DNA of 64,000 bases from Candidatus Alcyoniella australis (GTDB taxonomy: Bacteria; Lernaellota; Lernaellaia; JAVCCG01; Alcyoniellaceae), in contig JAVCCG010000095.1 in assembly GCA_030765605.1 (NCBI GenBank), positions 7,489 to 71,488 on the forward strand. The letters are read 5' to 3'. Below the pieces are notes generated by a model. It was not told the DNA's origin. It did not search any database and worked only from the letters and a program-made list of their open reading frames with translations. Position 1 is the stretch's first letter. Every line of letters begins with the position of its first letter. The translations under genes and the position numbers were made by a program. This document shows positions 10,291 to 21,927 of the stretch, in pieces.

Positions 10291-10994
10291 GCGTTCTCAA
10301 AGAAGGTTTGTTCATCGAGAGAAGATGTTCCGCACGATTGTCGACCATAGAACGTGGCGTGGCACCTGGCACCGCAAACTGCGCGTATCAGCCGACCCAC
10401 GGATGAGACCGCGCTGAGCGAGCAATCGCGCTTCCGGCTTAGTGCTGATCCTCGGCGAGCAGGGTGGGGTGGGAATGCGGCGCAGCATGTTCCATGCTGC
10501 GCCGCCGCCTCTCCTCCCCAGTTCGCGGGGTGTTCGAAATTAATTTTGAGGTGGACTGAGCGGCGTGCTTTTCCACGTGCATGTCGAAGAAAACGTGCGT
10601 CGAGAACCCTGTAAGGCTGACCTACTGACTGTTGAGGGTCGCGGATACTGTCAAAGGGGGCATGCACTCCGATATTAATAAATTTTGAGACAATGCCCTG
10701 CTCGCGCCCACCTAATAATGTTATCCAACATTATTCTCCACCCCCATCTTTCTACGCGGGGCGGGGCGTGGCATTAGGACCAGCGGACTGCGCGAGCCTT
10801 GCCCCCGGCTCAAAGCCGGGCGCGGAGAGGCTCGTTGGATTACGACCATGGTTGCTCGCGTGCATTGCTGCGGCTCGAAGCCGCCGCGGCTGATGGCCGC
10901 TGGTAAGCCGCCGGCCTTTCCACGGATCAATCGATCGAGTATAATCCGCCGATTTTTAAACCGGTTTGTAGATTAACAAAGAAGTGATGCAGCG

Positions 10995-12818
10995 ATGAAA
11001 CCGCTCTGGCGCTACCTATTGACCGCGATTTCCGCCCTGGCGGCGGCAGCGGTATTTCCGCGCCTCGAGCTGTATCACCTGGCGTGGTTCGCGCTGATCC
11101 CGGCCCTGGCGGCTATTCCGGGAGCCGGTCGTAAGCAGGCGTTTTGGCTGGGATTTGTCTTCAACGTAATCAACAAGGGTTGCTGCTGCTACTGGCTGGT
11201 TTACACGATCAACTACTACGGCGAGTTCCCCTTGATCGTGGCTCTGCTGGTCTTTGCCTTGCTGCTCGCGGCCATGGGCGTGCTGTTTGCACTGCCGTGG
11301 TATTTGCTGGGACGGATCGTCAACGAGCTACGCGTGCCGCTGGTCGTGGCCGCGCCCATCATTTGGACCGCCTACGAACTGCTGATCTCGCGCTTTCTCG
11401 GCGGATTTCCCTGGACGCTCTACGGCTACGGCCTGTGGCCCGACCTTTACGCCTGCCAGCTGGCCGACGTGATCTCGGTCTACGGCCTGAGCCTGTGTTT
11501 GGTGCTGATCAACGCCTGCCTGGCGCAGGTGGCGTTTTGGATCGCACGGAACCGCCGCAGCTTTCCAGCTGTCGCAGTGATAGTGGCCGTGCTGACGGTC
11601 GTGGCGCTCTATGCCTACGGCCTGTGGCGCGTGCCGCAGATTCAACGGGCAATCGACGGGCAGACCGAGCTGAGGGTGGGAGTGGTGCAGGGGAACATCG
11701 ATCAGTTCGAGAAGCGCGCAGGGGATCGCAATCAGATCCTCGACAAGTACCGTGCGCTGAGCATGCAGGCCGCAGTGTTGCAGCCGGATCTGATCGTCTG
11801 GCCCGAGACCTCGGTGCCCGGGTATCAGAATCGGCGCAAGCGGCCGCGGCCGTTCGTGGTCGAGCTGGTCAAGGAAGTCGGTGTGCCGATGCTGCTGGGC
11901 ATGCCCAGTAAATACGTGCCCACGCGCGAGACGCGGGTCAACTACAACAGCGCCTACCTTTATTCGGCCCAAGGCCAGGTGCTGGGCTCGTACGACAAGA
12001 ATCACATGGTCCCCTTTGGCGAGTTCGTGCCGCTCAAGCCCTGGCTGCGGGTGGTGGCGCCCGAACAGGCCGGCCGCACCCTGGGCTTCAGCCCCTCGGG
12101 CAAGTACAACGTGATCAAGCCCGCGCCCGGACCGCTGGGTGTAATTATTTGTTACGAGGCGATCTACCCCGGTCACGGCCTGCGCCTGGCGCGGATGGGT
12201 ATCGACTACTTCGTCAACATCACCAACGACGTCTGGTTCGGCGACACCTCGGCCCCGCCGCAGCACCTGCGGATGACCGCTATGCGCGCCATTGAGAACC
12301 GACGCTGGATCGTCCGCGCGGCCAACACCGGCATTTCGGCGCTGATCGACCCCCTGGGTCGAATCAGCAACGCGACCGACTATCGGGTGGACGCGCAGTT
12401 CGTCGGCACCATCGGCCGACTGCGGATCCAGACGCTGTTTCAGCGCATCGGCCTGCTGATCCCGGCGCTGTGCTCGCTGGCGGCGCTGCTGGCGATCGCG
12501 ATTTTAGCGGCTCGCGGTTGGGGAATTTGGGGATTGCTCGGTACTCTGGCCTTGGCAGGAGCCGGTCTGTGGCTATACTCTGCCCAGGATCACAGTGCAG
12601 GGCTGTTGGTGATTGGCGTGGGCCTGTGGCTGGTCCAGCGCGCCAGGCTGATCCAGCGTGGACGCAAGCGCAGCTTTGCGGCGTTCATCGCCCTGGGTCT
12701 GATCTGGCCGTTTTTCGGCTGGGTCGGCTGGGGCGTGCCGTTCGCCCTGGGGCTGTTCGCGTTCCAAGTGCTGCCCGCGTTGGCCCTGGGACGGATGATC
12801 GCGCGCCGCCGCGCATAA
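10995..12818 (+). CDS. lnt: Apolipoprotein N-acyltransferase with a ~90-aa C-terminal hydrophobic extension
   Basis: N-terminal polytopic domain plus a CN-hydrolase domain (VVQGNIDQ, WPETSVP, IICYEAIYP). 607 aa versus ~510 aa for typical Lnt. Confidence 0.85.
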   Translation: MKPLWRYLLTAISALAAAAVFPRLELYHLAWFALIPALAAIPGAGRKQAFWLGFVFNVINKGCCCYWLVYTINYYGEFPLIVALLVFALLLAAMGVLFALPWYLLGRIVNELRVPLVVAAPIIWTAYELLISRFLGGFPWTLYGYGLWPDLYACQLADVISVYGLSLCLVLINACLAQVAFWIARNRRSFPAVAVIVAVLTVVALYAYGLWRVPQIQRAIDGQTELRVGVVQGNIDQFEKRAGDRNQILDKYRALSMQAAVLQPDLIVWPETSVPGYQNRRKRPRPFVVELVKEVGVPMLLGMPSKYVPTRETRVNYNSAYLYSAQGQVLGSYDKNHMVPFGEFVPLKPWLRVVAPEQAGRTLGFSPSGKYNVIKPAPGPLGVIICYEAIYPGHGLRLARMGIDYFVNITNDVWFGDTSAPPQHLRMTAMRAIENRRWIVRAANTGISALIDPLGRISNATDYRVDAQFVGTIGRLRIQTLFQRIGLLIPALCSLAALLAIAILAARGWGIWGLLGTLALAGAGLWLYSAQDHSAGLLVIGVGLWLVQRARLIQRGRKRSFAAFIALGLIWPFFGWVGWGVPFALGLFAFQVLPALALGRMIARRRA

Positions 12819-12829
12819 GGAGAGAGATA

Positions 12830-13948
12830 ATGAATCCTGAGATCAGAGCCAAGATCGGCAAGGCCCGCGAACGGCTCGACGAACATCGGAGGTATCTTTG
12901 ACCTGCCTGTGCTTATCAAGCGGGTTACCGAAATAGAGCAGAAGATGTCCCAGCCCGGCTTTTGGGACGAGCGCGAGAACTCACAGCAGCTGGCCCAGGA
13001 AAAGTCCAACGCCGAATCGTCGATCACGCTGTTGAACGGAATCGCCCTCGAGATCCAGGACGCCGGGGTATTGTTGGAAATGGCGCAGGAGGCTGACGAC
13101 GAGCAGACCGCATCCGAGGCCGGCGATAAGATCGACCAAGCGTTGCGCAAGTTCGACCAGCTGGATTTGGAGCGGATGTTCTCCGGCGAGCACGACTCGG
13201 CGAACGCGATTTTGCAGATCCACTCCGGCGCCGGCGGCACCGAGGCCTGCGACTGGGCCGAGATGCTCACGCGGATGTACACCCGCTGGTGCGAGCGCCG
13301 GGGCCACAAGGTCGAGCTGATCGATTCGATGCCCGGCGAAGAGGCCGGGCTCAAGAGCGCCACGTTGGGCGTGGAGGGCAAGAACATCTACGGCATGCTC
13401 AAAGCCGAGGTCGGCATCCACCGACTGGTGCGCATCAGCCCCTTCGACGCTCAGTCGCGGCGGCACACCAGCTTTGCCTCGATCTTTGCCTATCCCGACG
13501 TCGAGGCCGACCTCTCGGTGGAGATCGACGAGAAGGAACTGCGCATCGACACCTACCGTGCCTCCGGCGCGGGCGGCCAGCATGTGAACAAGACCTCCTC
13601 CGCGGTGCGCATCACGCATCTGCCGACCAACATCGTAGTCCAGTGCCAGAACGAGCGCAGCCAGCACAAGAACAAGGCGCTGGCGCTCAAGGTGCTCAAG
13701 GCGCGGCTGCTGCGGGTCAAAGAGGAGGAGGCCGAGGCCAAGATGGCGCTGATGCACGCCGCAAAGAAGGAAATCGCCTGGGGCTCGCAGATCCGCTCCT
13801 ACGTGCTGCAGCCCTACCGGATGGTCAAGGATCACCGCACCAGCTTTGAGAAGGGCAACGTCGACGATGTGCTCGACGGCAACATCGACCAGTTCATCGA
13901 GTCGTATCTGAAGATGGTCGGCGGAGCACAGACAACGGAGAAGGCAAA

Positions 13949-13952
<4 letters not shown>
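12830..13952 (+). CDS. prfB: Peptide chain release factor 2, requiring a programmed +1 ribosomal frameshift
   Basis: The short ORF MNPEIRAKIGKARERLDEHRRYL ends at the CTT TGA C site (12896-12902) with an upstream AGGAGG-like element. The +1 frame continues as DLPVLIKRV...SGAGGQHVNKT (GGQ motif). Confidence 0.9.
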
Positions 13953-15487
<1,535 letters not shown>

Positions 15488-15496
15488 ACCAAGCCG

Positions 15497-16825
15497 ATGC
15501 GCTTTGAGGTCAAAGTCGGACTGCGGTTGCTGATGCCGCGCCTGAACCAGCTGCTGCTGGCCGTGATCACCGTGATCTGCGTGCTGGGCGTGACCGTGGG
15601 CGTGGGCACGCTGATTTTGGTGACCTCGGTGCAGGAGGGGCTTTCGCGCGACATGCGCGAGAAGTTCCTCGGCGCATACAGCCATCTGCTGGTGCTCGAT
15701 CCGCCGGTGTTTGAGGGTTGGCGCGAGGTGCTCGAGCAGGTGCGCGCCTTTCCGGGGATCGAGCAGGCCAGTCCGTTTGTCTATTCCGAGGTGATGATCA
15801 GCTCCGAGACCGGCGTCTCGGGCGTGGTGCTGCGCGGCATCGACCCGGATACCGTGCCCACGGTGGTCGACACCCTTGATCTATCCGGAAGCAAGGGCGG
15901 GGCCGGAGTACTGTTGCGCGGCAGGTTGGCCGACCTCAAACGCGACGAGGACCAACTGCCTGGGATCCTCCTGGGCATTCAGCTCGCGCGCGACCTGGGC
16001 GTGCTGTTCGAGGGCGAGACCGTCAACGTGATCTCGCCCCAGGGCGAGCAGACGCCGTTTGGCGCCATGCCGCGGCTCAAGCGTTTCGAGGTGGTCGGGA
16101 TCTTCGAGTACGAGATGTTCGAGTTCGACGCCAAGCTGGCCTACATCACGATCCCCGAGGCGCAGAAATTCTTCGACGTGGGCGATCGGATTACCGGCGT
16201 CGAGTGCACGCTGAACGATCAGGACCTGTTCCGTGCTTCGCAAATCGCCGGACAGGTGCAGGACTATCTGCACGGGCCGTTCCGCGACCGCGACCGGGTC
16301 TCAGGGGCGCTCTACGGCGCAACGGGCGGGGTCTACGCGCCGGAGCACTTCATCGTCAAGGACTGGGAGCAGATCAACCGCAATCTGTTCTCCGCGCTCA
16401 AGCTCGAGCGTCTGGCATCGTTCCTGATCGTCGGGTTGATCGTGTTCGTCGCGGCGATGAACATTCTCTCGATCCTTTATATGAACGTCACCAACCGCCG
16501 ACAGAGCCTGGCGATGCTCAAGGTGATGGGCGCGACCAGCGGCTCGATCATGCGCATCGTGCTCTTCCACGGCCTGATAATCGGACTGCTGGGCAGTCTG
16601 CTCGGCGGTCTGCTGGGCGGATCGCTGACCTGGATGCAGGAGACCTACCACATGGTTCCGCTGCCGCCCGAGGTCTACAACATCGACCACGTGCCCGTGG
16701 CCTTCAGCCCGGCGAACTACGTGATTATCGCCTTGATCGCCATGGGCAGCACGATGTTCTTCAGCGCCCTAGTGGCGATGGTCGCCGGGATGATCGACCC
16801 GGTGCGGGTGTTGCGCTATGAGTGA
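15497..16825 (+). CDS. lolC: Lipoprotein-releasing system permease (LolC/LolE, FtsX-like with MacB-like periplasmic domain)
   Basis: An N-terminal TM helix, a large periplasmic domain and a C-terminal FtsX 3-TM bundle. It is adjacent to lolD. Confidence 0.8.
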   Translation: MRFEVKVGLRLLMPRLNQLLLAVITVICVLGVTVGVGTLILVTSVQEGLSRDMREKFLGAYSHLLVLDPPVFEGWREVLEQVRAFPGIEQASPFVYSEVMISSETGVSGVVLRGIDPDTVPTVVDTLDLSGSKGGAGVLLRGRLADLKRDEDQLPGILLGIQLARDLGVLFEGETVNVISPQGEQTPFGAMPRLKRFEVVGIFEYEMFEFDAKLAYITIPEAQKFFDVGDRITGVECTLNDQDLFRASQIAGQVQDYLHGPFRDRDRVSGALYGATGGVYAPEHFIVKDWEQINRNLFSALKLERLASFLIVGLIVFVAAMNILSILYMNVTNRRQSLAMLKVMGATSGSIMRIVLFHGLIIGLLGSLLGGLLGGSLTWMQETYHMVPLPPEVYNIDHVPVAFSPANYVIIALIAMGSTMFFSALVAMVAGMIDPVRVLRYE

Positions 16826-17522
16826 GCGTACGCTGATCCAGGTGCGCGATCTGCGCAAGTCGTTCAACTCGCCCGGCGGCGAGCTGACGGTGCTCAGCGA
16901 ACTGCAGATGCAGATCAAGGCCGGCGAGCTGCTCGGAATCGTCGGCGCCTCGGGCGTGGGCAAGACTACCTTGCTCTACATTCTGGGCGCGCTGGAACGT
17001 CCCAGCGCTGGCGAAGTACTATTTGAGGGCCGTGCCGTGAACTACGCCAACGATCGCAGCATGGCGCGCTTTCGCAACACCAACGTCGGCTTCGTGTTCC
17101 AGATGCACCATCTGATTCCCGAGTTTAACGCCCTGGAAAACGTGACGCTGCCGCTGCTGATGCGACGGGTGACCAACCGGCAGGCAGTCCAGCGCGCGAG
17201 CCGCGCTCTGGAGCAGGTCGGGCTTCGCGATCGGCTGCGCCACATGCCCGGCGCACTTTCCGGCGGTGAACAGCAACGCGTGGCGATTGCGCGCGCACTG
17301 GTCACCGACCCGCCAATGGTGCTCGCCGACGAGCCCACGGGCAACCTCGATCGCGACACCGGTGATCGGGTGTTCGAGCTTATCAGACAAATCAATGGCT
17401 CCCTGGGTACTACTTTTGTTATAGTCACGCACAATGAGCGCCTGGCCGCCCGCATGGACCGTGTGGTTCAGCTTGAAGGCGGGATGGCATTGCCGCGTTT
17501 CCCCGAGGCTCCGAGGACATGA
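16818..17522 (+). CDS. lolD: Lipoprotein-releasing system ATP-binding protein
   Basis: ABC ATPase with Walker A GASGVGKTT, the LSGGEQQR signature and Walker B LADEPTGNLD. Confidence 0.85.
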   Translation: MSERTLIQVRDLRKSFNSPGGELTVLSELQMQIKAGELLGIVGASGVGKTTLLYILGALERPSAGEVLFEGRAVNYANDRSMARFRNTNVGFVFQMHHLIPEFNALENVTLPLLMRRVTNRQAVQRASRALEQVGLRDRLRHMPGALSGGEQQRVAIARALVTDPPMVLADEPTGNLDRDTGDRVFELIRQINGSLGTTFVIVTHNERLAARMDRVVQLEGGMALPRFPEAPRT

Positions 17523-19825
17523 CCCGCGTAAAAACTTTTGCCCTGACTATCTTTGTGCTCATCCTGCTTACGGCCGCCAATGCGACGGCCCAGGGAAAGA
17601 GCGTGATCGCCCTACAGGTCGAGGGCAACCAGCGGATCGAGAGCGATGCGGTTCTCGACCGCGTGCTGACCCGCGTCGGGCAACCGATCGACATTTTGGC
17701 GCTGGATAAAGACCTGCTGGCGATCTGGGAGATGGGATTTTTCTACGACGTGCAGGTCGACGTCGAGCAACGCGACAACGGCGTGGTCGTGACCTACGTT
17801 GTGGTCGAGAAGCCCTCGGTCAAGGAATTCGTCTACGAGGGAAACCGCAAGCTCAAAGACGACAAGCTCAACGAGGTGGTCACCCTGCGGCCGAACACGA
17901 TCCTCGACGAGGCTTCGATCAAGGAGAACATCGCCAAGATCGAGAAGCTCTACTCGGACGAGGGCTACTTCATGGCCGACGTGGAGTACCGCATCGAGCC
18001 GCTGGAGAACAACCGCGTGCGCGTGGTGCTGGTGGTTACCGAGTACCGCAAGGTGATGATCAAGAAGATCAACTTCGTCGGCAACTCGGAGTTTGACGAC
18101 GAGGAGCTGCGCAAGCAGATCATGTCCAAAGAGAACGACCTGTTCTCGTGGGCGACTTCGACCGGCATTTACCGCGAGGACATGTTCGAAAACGACATCG
18201 GCCTGCTCACCGCCTACTACCTGGACAACGGCTACATCAACGTCCAGATCGACCCGCCGCTGATCAGCCTCTCGCCCGACCGGCGCTGGATGTACATCAC
18301 GGTCAACATCGACGAGGGCGAGCAGTACAACATCGGCAAGGTCGACGTTGACGGCGACCTGCTGTTCGAGGCCGAGGACCTGCTGGAAATGGTCCACAGC
18401 AAGCCAGGCGAGGTCTTCTCGCGCTCGGTGCTGATTCGCGACATCGAGCAGCTCACTTCGCGCTATACCGACATCGGCTTTGCCTTTGCCGACGTCGAAC
18501 CCAAGACCAAGGCCGACGAAGAGCAGCGCAAGGTCGACCTGGTGTTCGTGATCCGCAAGGGACAGCTGGCCTACGTCGAGCGGGTCAAGATCGTGGGCAA
18601 CGACTCGACCCGCGACAAGGTGATCCGCCGCGAGCTGCGGATCAACGAGGGCGATCTGTTCTCCGGCCCGGCAGTGCGCGCCAGCAAGCAGCGGCTGATG
18701 CGGCTGGGGTACTTCGAGGAAGTCAACATCGTCACCGAGCGCGGCTCGAGCCCGGATCGAGTCAACCTGGTGATCAGCGTCACCGAGCAGATGGCCGGCA
18801 ACTTCCTGATCGGCGTGGGCTTCAGCTCGCTGGAGAACTTCGTGGGCAACGCCCAGGTCAGCCACTCGAACCTGCTGGGCTACGGCCTGAAGGTCGCGCT
18901 GACCGCCGAGCTGGGCAAGTTCCGCCGCAACATCGACCTGAAATTCGTCGAGCCCTATTTGTTCGACTCGCGCTGGATCATGCGCCTGACGCTGCTCAAC
19001 TCCGAGCGCGACTACTACACCTTCGACCGGCTGGACAAGTCGGTCTCGCTGCGCTTCGGCCACCCGCTGGGCTGGGACGTAAACGGCTACGTGGGGTACG
19101 CCTTCGAGGAAGTGGAGATCGCCAAAATCGCCAACAACGCCTCGGCGTTTCTGATGCTGCAAAAGGGCGTGACGCGCACCAGCTCGCTGCTGCTCAGCGT
19201 CGAGCGCGAAACGGTGAACAATCCCTACGATCCCTCGCGCGGCTCGCGCAACCAGCTGGGCATGGAATACGCCGGTCCGACGTTGGGCTCGGAGATCGAG
19301 TTCCTCAAGTACACCGGCCAGACCCGCTGGTACGTGCCTGTGCGTTGGGGGATCGTGATGATGTTCAACGCCGAGGCGGGCTACGGCCAGCCGCTGGAGG
19401 GCGGACGGCTGCCGATCAGCCAGCGCTACTTCCTCGGCGGCATCAACTCGGTGCGCGGCTTCTACTCGCGCTCGCTGGGTCCCGAGCAAAAGACGGTCAC
19501 CGCCTCGCGCAGCGACGATCCGGCCACCAAGCTGGTCGAGGTCACGAGCAACATCGGCGGCAATAAATACGCCCAGGGCAACGCCGAGCTGGTGTTCCCG
19601 ATCGTCCCCAGCCTGGGGATCAAAGGCCTGCTGTTTTACGATATCGGCAACGCCTTCATTGAGGAGGAGCCGATCGAATACGGCCAGCTGCGCCAGGCCT
19701 GGGGCTTCGGCGTGCGCTGGTTCAGCCCGATCGGTCCGCTGCGCTTCGAGTGGGGCTTCCCGCTCTACCCGCAGCCGGGCGAGGAAAAACAAAACTTCGA
19801 ATTCGGGATCGGAACGTTCTTCTGA
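17519..19825 (+). CDS. bamA: Outer membrane protein assembly factor BamA (POTRA repeats + Omp85 barrel)
   Basis: Signal peptide, five POTRA-like repeats and a C-terminal Omp85 beta-barrel ending in ...GIGTFF. Confidence 0.9.
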   Translation: MTRVKTFALTIFVLILLTAANATAQGKSVIALQVEGNQRIESDAVLDRVLTRVGQPIDILALDKDLLAIWEMGFFYDVQVDVEQRDNGVVVTYVVVEKPSVKEFVYEGNRKLKDDKLNEVVTLRPNTILDEASIKENIAKIEKLYSDEGYFMADVEYRIEPLENNRVRVVLVVTEYRKVMIKKINFVGNSEFDDEELRKQIMSKENDLFSWATSTGIYREDMFENDIGLLTAYYLDNGYINVQIDPPLISLSPDRRWMYITVNIDEGEQYNIGKVDVDGDLLFEAEDLLEMVHSKPGEVFSRSVLIRDIEQLTSRYTDIGFAFADVEPKTKADEEQRKVDLVFVIRKGQLAYVERVKIVGNDSTRDKVIRRELRINEGDLFSGPAVRASKQRLMRLGYFEEVNIVTERGSSPDRVNLVISVTEQMAGNFLIGVGFSSLENFVGNAQVSHSNLLGYGLKVALTAELGKFRRNIDLKFVEPYLFDSRWIMRLTLLNSERDYYTFDRLDKSVSLRFGHPLGWDVNGYVGYAFEEVEIAKIANNASAFLMLQKGVTRTSSLLLSVERETVNNPYDPSRGSRNQLGMEYAGPTLGSEIEFLKYTGQTRWYVPVRWGIVMMFNAEAGYGQPLEGGRLPISQRYFLGGINSVRGFYSRSLGPEQKTVTASRSDDPATKLVEVTSNIGGNKYAQGNAELVFPIVPSLGIKGLLFYDIGNAFIEEEPIEYGQLRQAWGFGVRWFSPIGPLRFEWGFPLYPQPGEEKQNFEFGIGTFF

Positions 19826-19848
19826 TCTGATTTGAAAGGGGGAGGGCT

Positions 19849-20415
19849 ATGCTACGCCCTGCAGTGAAATACCTGGCCTGTTTGGGACTGATCGCCGCGG
19901 CGCTGATGTTGATCGGTCCCAGTGCGGCGCGGGCTGCCGAGATGAAGATCGGCTACGTCGAGATGCAGCGCGTGCTCGACCTGACCGATCGCGGCAAGCA
20001 GATCATGCGCGATCTGGCAGCCAAAAAGGACGAGCTCGAGCTTAAAGAGCAGACGATGAAGCTCGACATCATGAAGATGGAGGACGATCTGCGCAAGACC
20101 GGCGAAGCGCTGTCCGAACAGGCGTTGCAAGAGAGGGTCGGGCTGCTCGAGAAGAAATACTACGAGTACCAGCAGTTCGTCTCCACGGCCCAGATGCAGT
20201 TCGAGGGCCAGAAGATCAACGCGTTAAAGGGCTTTATCCAAGACATCCAGACCATCGCCGCGCAGGTTGCCGGCGAACAGGGCTACGCGATTATTTTGCT
20301 CAAGGTCGAGGATGTGTTCACCGAGAGCTCGATCATCCTCTTCGCCGACCCGGCCTACGATCTGACCGACGAGGTAGTTCGCAGGATCAACTCCCGCGGG
20401 TCGGGCCAGAAGTAG
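19849..20415 (+). CDS. skp: Periplasmic chaperone Skp/OmpH
   Basis: Signal peptide and a coiled-coil-rich 188-aa protein between bamA and lpxD. Confidence 0.75.
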   Translation: MLRPAVKYLACLGLIAAALMLIGPSAARAAEMKIGYVEMQRVLDLTDRGKQIMRDLAAKKDELELKEQTMKLDIMKMEDDLRKTGEALSEQALQERVGLLEKKYYEYQQFVSTAQMQFEGQKINALKGFIQDIQTIAAQVAGEQGYAIILLKVEDVFTESSIILFADPAYDLTDEVVRRINSRGSGQK

Positions 20416-20434
20416 TCCTGCGAACGGAGGGTCG

Positions 20435-21466
20435 ATGGTGGCCCAACACAAGACCCTGGCCGCTTTGGCGGAACTGACCGGCGGAGAGCTGCGCGGCGAC
20501 GGCAACGTCGAGATCCAAGACGTGGCCGCGGCCGAGAAGGCCGGTCCGGGCAACATTACCTTCGCGGTCTCCCCACGCTACTTGGCAAAGGTTAGACAGC
20601 TGCGACCGGCGGCGGTGATCGTCGACGCGGCGGTCGAGGACCTCGATATTCCGCAGATCGTACATCCGCTGCCGCAGTTGGCGTTCATCCAGATCGCGAC
20701 CGAGTTTCACTATCGCGAGCCGCTGCACGGCGGAATCAGCGATCAGGCGCAGATCCACGACACGGCGAGCGTTGACCCCGATTGCACGGTCTATCCCTTG
20801 GTGTTCATCGGCGCGCGTTCGCGCATTGCCGCAGGCTGCCGGCTGCACCCCGGGGTGGTGATCGGCGAGGACTGCGTCGTGGGCGAGGCCAGCGAACTGC
20901 GTCCCAACGTCACCCTTGGCGACGGCTGCGAGATCGGCAGGCGTTGCTTGCTGCATGCCGGGACCGTGATCGGCGCCGACGGCTTTGGCTTTTTACAGGT
21001 CGGCGGGACCCACGTCAAAGTGCCACACTACGGCACGGTGCGCATCGAGGACGACGTTGAGATGGGCGCCAACTGCACGGTCGACCGCGCGGTTCTGGGC
21101 TTCACCCGCATCGGCGAGGGGAGCAAGTTCGATAACATGGTGCACGTGGGTCACAACTGCGATGTGGGGCGCAACGTGCTGCTGGTGGCCTACGTAGCGC
21201 TTGCGGGCTCGACCGTGATCGGCGACGGCGCGATCCTCGGGCCGCGTTCGGGAACCGGCGACCACGTGCGCATCGGCGCGGGCGCGATCGTGGCCGGAAT
21301 GTCGGGCGTACATAAAGATGTGCCCGACGGCGCGATGGTCGCCGGGATGCCCGCGTTCGACGCCCATCTATGGCGGCGCTTCGCCGTGTCGCAGAAACGG
21401 CTGCCCGAGCTGATATCGCGCGTGCGCGAACTCGAGCGCCGGTTGGCGCTGATCGAGAAAGAATGA
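20435..21466 (+). CDS. lpxD: UDP-3-O-acylglucosamine N-acyltransferase
   Basis: Left-handed beta-helix hexapeptide repeats; position in the bamA-skp-lpxD-fabZ-lpxA cluster. Confidence 0.9.
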   Translation: MVAQHKTLAALAELTGGELRGDGNVEIQDVAAAEKAGPGNITFAVSPRYLAKVRQLRPAAVIVDAAVEDLDIPQIVHPLPQLAFIQIATEFHYREPLHGGISDQAQIHDTASVDPDCTVYPLVFIGARSRIAAGCRLHPGVVIGEDCVVGEASELRPNVTLGDGCEIGRRCLLHAGTVIGADGFGFLQVGGTHVKVPHYGTVRIEDDVEMGANCTVDRAVLGFTRIGEGSKFDNMVHVGHNCDVGRNVLLVAYVALAGSTVIGDGAILGPRSGTGDHVRIGAGAIVAGMSGVHKDVPDGAMVAGMPAFDAHLWRRFAVSQKRLPELISRVRELERRLALIEKE

Positions 21467-21927
21467 CCATCGACGATCTTCCGTCGGCCCCGTTTGGCCG
21501 GGAGCAGATCGAGCTACTGCTGCCGCATCGCGGGCCGATGCTGTTGATCGACGTCATCGACAGCTACCACGTGCCCGAGCGGATCAGCGGTCGCAAGCTG
21601 GTGCAGACCGACGAGCTGTTTTTACAAGGACACTTTCCCGGACGACCGGTACTGCCCGGGGTGATCGTAATCGAGGCCATGGGGCAGGTGGCGGCCTGTC
21701 TGGCCTATCTCTCGACGCCCGCACAGGAGCGGCGGCTGGGGATCCACCTGATGAGCCTCGATCGCGTCAAGTTCCGCCGGCCGGTGCTGCCCGGCGACGA
21801 GCTGCGCTTCGACGTGCGCACCCTGCGCGTGCGCGGTCCGATCTGGAATTTTAACGCCAAGGCCTACGTCGAGGACCAACTGGCTGCCCAGGCGCGCTAC
21901 CTGGCCGCCTTTGCCGAGGAAACATGA
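21463..21927 (+). CDS. fabZ: 3-hydroxyacyl-ACP dehydratase
   Basis: Hot-dog fold motifs (LLPHRGPMLLID, FFQGHFPGRPVLPGV); its ATG overlaps the lpxD stop (ATGA). Confidence 0.9.
   Translation: MTIDDLPSAPFGREQIELLLPHRGPMLLIDVIDSYHVPERISGRKLVQTDELFLQGHFPGRPVLPGVIVIEAMGQVAACLAYLSTPAQERRLGIHLMSLDRVKFRRPVLPGDELRFDVRTLRVRGPIWNFNAKAYVEDQLAAQARYLAAFAEET

Noticed and set aside
10520-10545. A tRNA-like T-loop motif (GTTCGAAAT) in the long intergenic region
   Set aside because: No acceptor stem, anticodon arm or CCA-compatible 3' end can be built around it.
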